Source of the DNA: Eledone cirrhosa
Taxonomy: Eukaryota
Reading direction: 5' to 3'
Assembly (NCBI GenBank): GCA_964016885.1
Contig: OZ024743.1
Span: forward strand, 354,454,001-354,518,000
DNA: 64,000 bases
Of this stretch, positions 54,001 to 64,000 are shown one piece after another. Under the pieces are notes generated by a model. That model had not been told where the DNA came from. It saw only the letters and a list, made by a program, of their open reading frames with translations, and ran no database searches. A program made the position numbers and the translations under genes. The stretch's first letter is position 1. Each line of letters starts with the position of its first letter.

Positions 54001-54939
54001 CTGGTTGTTGTTGGTGGTAGAGATTGAGGTTTTTGTGATTCTGGTAATGGTGATGCTGATGATTGTCCTCATGCTGGTTGTTGTTGGTGGTAGAGATTGA
54101 GGTTTTTGTGTTTCTGGTAATGGTGATGCTGATGATTGTCTTGAAGCTGGTTGCTGTTGGTGATAGAGATTGAGGTCTTTGTGATTCTGGTAATGGTGTT
54201 GCTGATGATTGTCCTCATGCTGGTTGTTGTTGGTGGTAGAGATTGAGGTTTTTGTGATTCTGGTAATGGTGATGCTGATGATTGTCTTCATGCTGGTTGC
54301 TGTTGGCGATAGAGATTGAGGTCTTTGTGATTCTGGTAATGGTGATGCTGATGATTGTCTTCATGCTGGTTGTTGTTGGTGATAGAGATTGAGGTTTTTG
54401 TGATTCTGGTAATGGCGATGCTGATGATTGTCCTCATGCTGGTTGTTGTTGGTGGTAGAAATTGAGGTTTTTGTGATTCTGGTAATGGTGATGCTGATGA
54501 TTGTCCTCATGCTGGTTGTTGTTGGTGGTAGAGATTGAGGTTTTTGTGTTTCTGGTAATGGTGATGCTGATGATTGTCCTCATGCTGGTTGTTGTTGGTG
54601 GTAGAGATTAAGGTTTTTGTGTTTCTGGTAATGGTGATGCTGATGATTGTCTTCATGCTGGTTGTTGTTGGTGATAGAGATTGAGATATTTGTGATTCTG
54701 GTAATGGTGATGCTGATGATTGTGCTCATGCTGGTTGTTGTTGGTGGTAGAGATTGAGGTTTTTGTGTTTCTGGTAATGGTGATGCTGATGATTGTCCTC
54801 ATGCTGGTTGTTGTTGGTGGTAGAGATTAAGGTTTTTGTGTTTCTGGTAATGGTGATGCTGATGATTGTCTTCATGCTGGTTGTTGTTGGTGATAGAGAT
54901 TGAGATATTTGTGATTCTGGTAATGGTGATGCTGATGAT

Positions 54940-57900
54940 TGTGCTCATGCTGGTTGTTGTTGGTGGTAGAGATTGAGGTTTTTGTGATCCTGGTAATGGT
55001 GATGCTGATGATTGTCTTCATGCTGGTTGTTGTTGGTGGTAGAGATTGAGGTTTTTGTGATTCTCGTAATGGTGATGCTGATGATTGTCCTCATGCTGGT
55101 GTTGTTGGTGGTAGAGATTGAGGTTTTTGTGATTCTGGTAATGGTGATGCTGATGATTGTCCTCATGCTGGTTGTTGTTGGTGGTAGAGATTGAGGTTTT
55201 TGTGATCCTGGTAATGGTGATGCTGATGATTGTCCTCATGCTGGTTGTTGTTGGTGGTAGAGATTGAGGTTTTTGTGATCCTGGTAATGGTGATGCTGAT
55301 GATTGTCTTCATGCTGGTTGTTGTTGGTGGTAGAGATTGAGGTTTTTGTGATTCTCGTAATGGTGATGCTGATGATTGTCCTCATGCTGGTTGTTGTTGG
55401 TGGTAGAGATTGAGGTTTTTGGAATTCTGGTAATGGTGATGCTGATGATTGTCCTCCTGCTGGTTGTTGTTGGTGGTAAACATTGAGGTTTTTGTGATTC
55501 TGGTAATGGTGATGCTGATGATTGTCCTCATGCTGGTTGTTGTTGGTGGTAGAGATTGAGGTTTTTGTGTTTCTGCTAATGGTGATGCTGATGATTGTCT
55601 TGATGCTGGTTGCTGTTGGTGATAGAGATTGAGGTCTTTGTGATTCTGGTAATGGTGTTGCTGATGATTGTCCTCATGCTGGTTGTTGTTGGTGGTAGAG
55701 ATTGAGGTTTTTGTAATTCTGGTAATGGTGATGCTGATGATTGTCTTCATGCTGGTTGCTGTTGGCGATAGAGATTGAGGGCTTTGTGATTCTGGTAATG
55801 GTGATGCTGATGATTGTCTTCATGCTGGTTGTTGTTGGTGATAGAGATTGAGGTTTTTGTGATTCTTGTAATGGTGATGCTGATGATTGTCCTCATGCTG
55901 GTTGTTGTTGGTGGTAGAGATTGAGGTTTTTGGGATTCTGGTAATGGTGATGCTGATGATTGTCCTCATGCTGGTTGTTGTTGGTGGTAGAGATTGAGGT
56001 TTTTGTGTTTCTGGTAATGGTGATGCTGATGATTGTCCTCATGCTGGTTGTTGTTGGTGGTAGAGATTGAGGTTTCTGTGTTTCTGGTAATGGTGATGCT
56101 GATGATTGTCCTCATGCTGGTTGTTGTTGGTGGTAGAGATTGAGATATTTGTGATTCTGGTAATGGTGATGCTGATGATTGTCCTCATGGTGGTTGTTGT
56201 TGGTGGTAGAGATTGAGGTTTTTGTGATCCTGGTAATGGTGATGCTGATGATTGTCCTCATGCTGGTTGTTGTTGGTGGTAGAGATTGAGATATTTGTGA
56301 TTCTGGTAATGGTGATGCTGATGATTGTCCTCATGCTGGTTGTTGTTGGTGGTAGAGATTGAGGTTTTTGTGATCCTGGTAATGGTGATGCTGATGATTG
56401 TCCTCATGCTGGTTGTTGTTGGTGGTAGAGATTGAGATATTTGTGATTCTGGTAATGGTGATGCTGATGATTGTCCTCATGCTGGTTGTTGTTGGTGGTA
56501 GAGATTGAGGTTTTTGTGATCCTGGTAATGGTGATGCTGATGATTGTCCTCATGCTGGTTGTTGTTGGTGGTAGAGATTGAGGTTTTTGTGATCCTGGTA
56601 ATGGTGATGCTGATGATTGTCTTCATGCTGGTTGTTGTTGGTGGTAGAGATTGAGGTTTTTGTGATTCTGGTAATGGTGATGCTGATTATTGTCCTCATG
56701 CTGGTGTTGTTGGTGGTAGAGATTGAGGTTTTTGTGATTCTGGTAATGGTGATGCTGATGATTGTCTTCATGCTGGTTGCTGTTGGTGATAGAGATTGAG
56801 GTCTTCGTGAATCTGGTAATGGTGATGCTGATGATTGTTTTCATGCTGGTTGTTGTTGGTGGTAGAGATTGAGGTTTTTGTGATCCTGGTAATGGTGATG
56901 CTGTGATTGTCCTCACGCTGGTTGTTGTTGGTGGTAGAGATTGAGGTTTTTGTGATCCTGGTAATGGTGATGCTGATGATTGTCCTCATGCTGGTTGTTG
57001 TTGGTGGAAGAGATTGAGGTTTTTGTGATCCTGGTAATGGTGATGCTGATGATTGTCCTCTTGCTGGTTGTTGTTGGTGGTAGAGATTGATGTTTTTGTG
57101 ATCCTGGTAATGGTGATGCTGATGATTGTCCTCATGCTGGTTGTTGTTGGTGGTAGAGATTGAGGTTTTTGTGATCCTGGTAATGGTGATGCTGATGATT
57201 GTCCTCATGCTGGTTGTTGTTGGTGGTAGAGATTGAGGTTTTTGTGATTCTGGTAATGGTGATGCTGATGATTGTCATCATGCTGGTTGTTGTTGGTGGT
57301 AGAGATTGAGGTTTTTGTGTTTCTGGTAATGGTGATGCTGATGATTGTCTTGATGCTGGTTGCTGTTGGTGATAGAGATTGAGGTCTTTGTGATTCTGGT
57401 AATGGTGTTGCTGATGATTGTCCTCATGCTGGTTGTTGCTGGTGGTAGAGATTGAGGTTTTTGTGATTCTGGTAAGGGTGATGCTGATGATTGCCTTCTT
57501 GCTGGTTGTTGTTGGTGGTAGAGATTGAGGTCTTTGTGATTCTGGTAATGGTGATGCTGATGATTGCCTTCATGCTGGTTGTTGTTGGTGGCAGAGATTG
57601 AGGTCTTTGTGATTCTGGTAATGGTGATGCTGATGATTGTCCTCATGCTGGTTGTTGTTGGTGGTAGAGATTGAGGTTTTTGTGATTCTGGTAATGGTGA
57701 TGCTGATGATTGTCTTCATGCTGGTTGTTGTTGGTGATAGAGATTGAGGTCTTTGTGATTCTGGTAATGGTGATGCTGATGATTGTCCTCATGCTGGTTG
57801 TTGTTGGTGGTAGAGATTGAGGTTTTTGTGATCCTGGTAATGGTGATGCTGATGATTGTCTTCATGCTGGTTGTTGTTGGTGGTAGAGATTGAGGTTTTT

Positions 57901-60630
57901 GTGATTCTCGTAATGGTGATGCTGATGATTGTCCTCATGCTGGTGTTGTTGGTGGTAGAGATTGAGGTTTTTGTGATTCTGGTAATGGTGATGCTGATGA
58001 TTGTCCTCATGCTGGTTGTTGTTGTTGGTAGAGATTGAGGTTTTTGTGATCCTGGTAATGGTGATGCTGATGATTGTCCTCATGCTGGTTGTTGTTGGTG
58101 GTAGAGATTGAGGTTTTTGTGATCCTGGTAATGGTGATGCTGATGATTGTCTTCATGCTGGTTGTTGTTGGTGGTAGAGATTGAGGTTTTTGTGATTCTC
58201 GTAATGGTGATGCTGATGATTGTCCTCATGCTGGTTGTTGTTGGTGGTAGAGATTGAGGTTTTTGGAATTCTGGTAATGGTGATGCTGATGATTGTCCTC
58301 CTGCTGGTTGTTGTTGGTGGTAAACATTGAGGTTTTTGTGATTCTGGTAATGGTGATGCTGATGATTGTCCTCATGCTGGTTGTTGTTGGTGGTAGAGAT
58401 TGAGGTTTTTGTGTTTCTGGTAATGGTGATGCTGATGATTGTCTTGATGCTTGTTGCTGTTGGTGATAGAGATTGAGGTCTTTGTGATTCTGGTAATGGT
58501 GTTGCTGATGATTGTCCTCATGCTGGTTGTTGTTGGTGGTAGAGATTGAGGTTTTTGTGATTCTGGTAATGGTGATGCTGATGATTGTCTTCATGCTGGT
58601 TGCTGTTGGCGATAGAGATTGAGGGCTTTGTGATTCTGGTAATGGTGATGCTGATGATTGTCTTCATGCTGGTTGTTGTTGGTGATAGAGATTGAGGTTT
58701 TTGTGATTCTGGTAATGGTGATGCTGATGATTGTCCTCATGCTGGTTGTTGTTGGTGGTAGAGATTGAGGTTTTGGGGATTCTGGTAATGGTGATGCTGA
58801 TGATTGTCCTCATGCTGGTTGTTGTTGGTGGTAGAGATTGAGGTTTTTGTGTTTCTGGTAATGGTGATGCTGATGATTGTCCTCATGCTGGTTGTTGTTG
58901 GTGGTAGAGATTGAGGTTTTTGTGTTTCTGGTAATGGTGATGCTGATGATTGTCCTCATGCTGGTTGTTGTTGGTGGTAGAGATTGAGATATTTGTGATT
59001 CTGGTAATGGTGATGCTGATGATTGTCCTCATGGTGGTTGTTGTTGGTGGTAGAGATTGAGGTTTTTGTGATCCTGGTAATGGTGATGCTGATGATTGTG
59101 CTCATGCTGGTTGTTGTTGGTGGTAGAGATTGAGATATTTGTGATTCTGGTAATGGTGATGCTGATGATTGTCCTCATGCTGGTTGTTGTTGGTGGTAGA
59201 GATTGAGGTTTTTGTGATCCTGGTAATGGTGATGCTGATGATTGTCCTCATGCTGGTTGTTGTTGGTGGTAGAGATTGAGATATTTGTGATTCTGGTAAT
59301 GGTGATGCTGATGATTGTCCTCATGCTGGTTGTTGTTGGTGGTAGAGATTGAGGTTTTTGTGATCCTGGTAATGGTGATGCTGATGATTGTCCTCATGCT
59401 GGTTGTTGTTGGTGGTAGAGATTGAGGTTTTTGTGATCCTGGTAATGGTGATGCTGATGATTGTCTTCATGCTGGTTGTTGTTGGTGGTAGAGATTGAGG
59501 TTTTTGTGATTCTGGTAATGGTGATGCTGATTATTGTCCTCATGCTGGTGTTGTTGGTGGTAGAGATTGAGGTTTTTGTGATTCTGGTAATGGTGATGCT
59601 GATGATTGTCTTCATGCTGGTTGCTGTTGGTGATAGAGATTGAGGTCTTTGTGAATCTGGTAATGGTGATGCTGATGATTGTTTTCATGCTGGTTGTTGT
59701 TGGTGGTAGAGATTGAGGTTTTTGTGATCCTGGTAATGGTGATGCTGATGATTGTCCTCACGCTGGTTGTTGTTGGTGGTAGAGATTGAGGTTTTTGTGA
59801 TCCTGGTAATGGTGATGCTGATGATTGTCCTCATGCTGGTTGTTGTTGGTGGAAGAGATTGAGGTTTTTGTGATCCTGGTAATGGTGATGCTGATGATTG
59901 TCCTCTTGCTGGTTGTTGTTGGTGGTAGAGATTGATGTTTTTGTGATCCTGGTAATGGTGATGCTGATGATTGTCCTCATGCTGGTTGTTGTTGGTGGTA
60001 GAGATTGAGGTTTTTGTGATCCTGGTAATGGTGATGCTGATGATTGTCCTCATGCTGGTTGTTGTTGGTGGTAGAGATTGAGGTTTTTGTGATTCTGGTA
60101 ATGGTGATGCTGATGATTGTCCTCATGCTGGTTGTTGTTGGTGGTAGAGATTGAGGTTTTTGTGTTTCTGGTAATGGTGATGCTGATGATTGTCTTGATG
60201 CTGGTTGCTGTTGGTGATAGAGATTGAGGTCTTTGTGATTCTGGTAATGGTGTTGCTGATGATTGTCCTCATGCTGGTTGTTGCTGGTGGTAGAGATTGA
60301 GGTTTTTGTGATTCTGGTAAGGGTGATGCTGATGATTGCCTTCTTGCTGGTTGTTGTTGGTGGTAGAGATTGAGGTCTTTGTGATTCTGGTAATGGTGAT
60401 GCTGATGATTGCCTTCATGCTGGTTGTTGTTGGTGGCAGAGATTAAGGTCTTTGTGATTCTGGTAATGGTGATGCTGATGATTGTCCTCATGCTGGTTGT
60501 TGTTGGTGGTAGAGATTGAGGTTTTTGTGATTCTGGTAATGGTGATGCTGATGATTGTCTTCATGCTGGTTGTTGTTGGTGATAGAGATTGAGGTCTTTG
60601 TGATTCTGGTAATGGTGATGCTGATGATTG
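54940..60630. repeat. 39-mer HOR (2844-2845 bp), two tandem copies
   Basis: ORFs 54945/57789, 55382/58226 and 56550/59394 are offset by 2844, and 57278/60123 by 2845. Markers: CTCCTGC, GTAAACATTG, GGCAGAG, CTCACGC. Confidence 0.9.
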
Positions 60631-63600
60631 TCCTCATGCTGGTTGTTGTTGGTGGTAGAGATTGAGGTTTTTGTGATTCTGGTAATGGTGATGCTGATGA
60701 TTGTCCTCATGCTGGTTGTTGTTGGTGGTAGAGATTGAGGTTTTTGTGATTCTGGTAATGGTGATGCTGATGATTGTCCTCATGCTGGTTGTTGTTGGTG
60801 GTAGAGATTGAGGTTTTTGTGATTCTGGTAATGGTGATGCTGATGATTGTCCTCATGCTGGTTGTTGTTGGTGGTTGAGATTGAGGTTTTTGTGATTCTG
60901 GTAATGGTGATGCTGATGATTGTCCTCATGCTGGTTGTTGTTGGTGGTAGAGATTGAGGTTTTTGTAATTCTGGTAATGGTGATGCTGATGATTGTCCTC
61001 ATGCTGGTTGTTGGTGGTGGTAGAGATTGAGGTGTTTGTGATTCTGGTAATGGTGATGCTGATGATTGTCCTCATGCTGGTTGTGGTTGGTGGTAGAGAT
61101 TGAGGTTTTTGTGATTCTGGAAAAGGTGATGCGGATGATTGTTCTCATGCTGGTTGTTGTTGGTGGTAGAGATTGAGGTTTTGTGATCCTGGTAATGGTG
61201 ATGCTGATGATTGTCCTCATACTGGTTGTTGTTGGTGGTAGAGATTGAGGTTTTTGTGATCCTGGTAATGGTGATGCTGATGATTGTCCTCATGCTGGTT
61301 GTTGTTGGTGGTAGAGATTGAGGTTTTTGTGATCCTGGTAATGGTGATGCTGATGATTGTCCTCATGCTGGTTGTTGTTGGTGGTAGAGATTGGGGTTTT
61401 TGTGATCCTGGTAATGGTGATGCTGATGATTGTCCTCATGCTGGTTGTTGTTGGATGTAGAGATTGAGGTTTTTGTGATTCTGGTAATGGTGATGCTGAT
61501 GATTGTCCTCATGCTGGTTGTTGTTGGTGGTAGAGATTGAGGTTTTTGTGTTTCTGGTAATGGTGATGCTGATGATTGTCTTGAAGCTGGTTGCTGTTGG
61601 TGATAGAGATTGAGGTCTTTGTGATTCTGGTAATGGTGTTGCTGATGATTGTCCTCATGCTGGTTGTTGTTGGTGGTAGAGATTGAGGTTTTTGTGATTC
61701 TGGTAATGGTGATGCTGATGATTGTCTTCATGCTGGTTGCTGTTGGCGATAGAGATTGAGGTCTTTGTGATTCTGGTAATGGTGATGCTGATGATTGTCT
61801 TCATGCTGGTTGTTGTTGGTGATAGAGATTGAGGTTTTTGTGATTCTGGTAATGGCGATGCTGATGATTGTCCTCATGCTGGTTGTTGTTGGTGGTAGAA
61901 ATTGAGGTTTTTGTGATTCTGGTAATGGTGATGCTGATGATTGTCCTCATGCTGGTTGTTGTTGGTGGTAGAGATTGAGGTTTTTGTGTTTCTGGTAATG
62001 GTGATGCTGATGATTGTCCTCATGCTGGTTGTTGTTGGTGGTAGAGATTAAGGTTTTTGTGTTTCTGGTAATGGTGATGCTGATGATTGTCTTCATGCTG
62101 GTTGTTGTTGGTGATAGAGATTGAGATATTTGTGATTCTGGTAATGGTGATGCTGATGATTGTCCTCATGCTGGTTGTTGTTGGTGGTAGAGATTGAGGT
62201 TTTTGTGATCCTGGTAATGGTGATGCTGATGATTGTCTTCATGCTGGTTGTTGTTGGTGGTAGAGATTGAGGTTTTTGTGATTCTCGTAATGGTGATGCT
62301 GATGATTGTCCTCATGCTGGTGTTGTTGGTGGTAGAGATTGAGGTTTTTGTGATTCTGGTAATGGTGATGCTGATGATTGTCCTCATGCTGGTTGTTGTT
62401 GGTGGTAGAGATTGAGGTTTTTGTGATCCTGGTAATGGTGATGCTGATGATTGTCCTCATGCTGGTTGTTGTTGGTGGTAGAGATTGAGGTTTTTGTGAT
62501 CCTGGTAATGGTGATGCTGATGATTGTCTTCATGCTGGTTGTTGTTGGTGGTAGAGATTGAGGTTTTTGTGATTCTCGTAATGGTGATGCTGATGATTGT
62601 CCTCATGCTGGTTGTTGTTGGTGGTAGAGATTGAGGTTTTTGGAATTCTGGTAATGGTGATGCTGATGATTGTCCTCCTGCTGGTTGTTGTTGGTGGTAA
62701 ACATTGAGGTTTTTGTGATTCTGGTAATGGTGATGCTGATGATTGTCCTCATGCTGGTTGTTGTTGGTGGTAGAGATTGAGGTTTTTGTGTTTCTGGTAA
62801 TGGTGATGCTGATGATTGTCTTGATGCTGGTTGCTGTTGGTGATAGAGATTGAGGTCTTTGTGATTCTGGTAATGGTGTTGCTGATGATTGTCCTCATGC
62901 TGGTTGTTGTTGGTGGTAGAGATTGAGGTTTTTGGGATTCTGGTAATGGTGATGCTGATGATTGTCCTCATGCTGGTTGTTGTTGGTGGTAGAGATTGAG
63001 GTTTTTGTGTTTCTGGTAATGGTGATGCTGATGATTATCCTCATGCTGGTTGTTGTTGGTGGTAGAGATTGAGGTTTTTGTGTTTCTGGTAATGGTGATG
63101 CTGATGATTGTCCTCATGCTGGTTGTTGTTGGTGGTAGAGATTGAGATATTTGTGATTCTGGTAATGGTGATGCTGATGATTGTCCTCATGCTGGTTGTT
63201 GTTGGTGGTAGAGATTGAGGTTTTTGTGATCCTGGTAATGGTGATGCTGATGATTGTCCTCATGCTGGTTGTTGTTGGTGGTAGAGATTGAGATATTTGT
63301 GATTCTGGTAATGGTGATGCTGATGATTGTCCTCATGCTGGTTGTTGTTGGTGGTAGAGATTGAGGTTTTTGTGATCCTGGTAATGGTGATGCTGATGAT
63401 TGTCCTCATGCTGGTTGTTGTTGGTGGTAGAGATTGAGATATTTGTGATTCTGGTAATGGTGATGCTGATGATTGTCCTCATGCTGGTTGTTGTTGGTGG
63501 TAGAGATTGAGGTTTTTGTGATCCTGGTAATGGTGATGCTGATGATTGTCCTCATGCTGGTTGTTGTTGGTGGTAGAGATTGAGGTTTTTGTGATCCTGG

Positions 63601-64000
63601 TAATGGTGATGCTGATGATTGTCTTCATGCTGGTTGTTGTTGGTGGTAGAGATTGAGGTTTTTGTGATTCTGGTAATGGTGATGCTGATTATTGTCCTCA
63701 TGCTGGTGTTGTTGGTGGTAGAGATTGAGGTTTTTGTGATTCTGGTAATGGTGATGCTGATGATTGTCTTCATGCTGGTTGCTGTTGGTGATAGAGATTG
63801 AGGTATTCGTGAATCTGGTAATGGTGATGCTGATGATTGTTTTCATGCTGGTTGTTGTTGGTGGTAGAGATTGAGGTTTTTGTGATCCTGGTAATGGTGA
63901 TGCTGATGATTGTCCTCACGCTGGTTGTTGTTGGTGGTAGAGATTGAGGTTTTTGTGATCCTGGTAATGGTGATGCTGATGATTGTCCTCATGCTGGTTG
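59820..64000. repeat. Paralog of about 52450-57000 (offset 7.0-7.4 kb, 96-102 monomers)
   Basis: ORF pairs 52756/60123 and 53632/60999 (7367), 53923/61363 (7440), 54945/62166 (7221), 56550/63552 (7002). The offsets differ by whole monomers. Shared markers: GGAAAAGG, TTGGGG, CTTGAAGC. Confidence 0.85.

Larger units (their letters stand above)
1..64000. repeat. Tandem satellite DNA array, 73-bp monomer, about 877 copies, single orientation, extends beyond both window edges
   Basis: Monomer start TGTCCTCATG at 1, 74, 147 and so on, with the last start at 63984. 63983 = 877x73 - 38, which matches my count of 40 one-base deletions and one 2-base insertion. Most monomers differ from consensus by 0-4 substitutions. 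No non-repeat sequence was seen. Confidence 0.99.

Noticed and set aside
1-64000. CRISPR array (73-bp period resembles repeat plus spacer)
   Set aside because: The entire period is conserved. There are no unique spacers, no palindromic repeat, no leader and no cas genes.
1-64000. Known named repeats: canonical telomere repeats, alpha satellite with CENP-B box, trypanosome 70-bp VSG repeats
   Set aside because: No TTAGGG/TTAGG/TTTAGGG arrays. No CpG-containing CENP-B box in the consensus. The trypanosome repeat is AT-rich with TAA runs, unlike this monomer.
1-64000. Embedded transposon, inversion or unique island
   Set aside because: None seen on reading through, and the monomer-count arithmetic closes exactly with the 41 small indels, leaving no room for an out-of-register insert.
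1-64000. Variant pattern as a deliberate code, diversity-generating cassette system or synthetic construct
   Set aside because: The variants are explained by nested duplication and conversion of point mutations. There is no recombinase, reverse transcriptase, expression site or designed junction.

Overview
The whole 64 kb window is one uninterrupted head-to-tail satellite array of a 73-bp monomer (consensus + strand TGTCCTCATGCTGGTTGTTGTTGGTGGTAGAGATTGAGGTTTTTGTGATTCTGGTAATGGTGATGCTGATGAT; 42% GC, 77% G+T, no CpG). By hand count it holds 877 full monomers plus 17 bp, with 40 single-base deletions and one 2-bp insertion. I see no supportable gene, RNA gene, transposon, inversion or CRISPR array. 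Every ORF in the supplied track is a by-product of the repeat. The informative structure lies in the variant nucleotides, which show: a homogeneous left zone; nested higher-order repeats (HORs) of 2 to 136 monomers; a divergent seam at about 34.5-36.9 kb between two variant-defined domains; a probable short gene-conversion tract near 6.2 kb; and an orphan patch of right-domain sequence near 1.7 kb. I cannot name the organism or the satellite family. A centromeric or subtelomeric role is a hypothesis only. HOR block boundaries are approximate (plus or minus 1-2 monomers), whereas offsets between marker variants were computed from coordinates.
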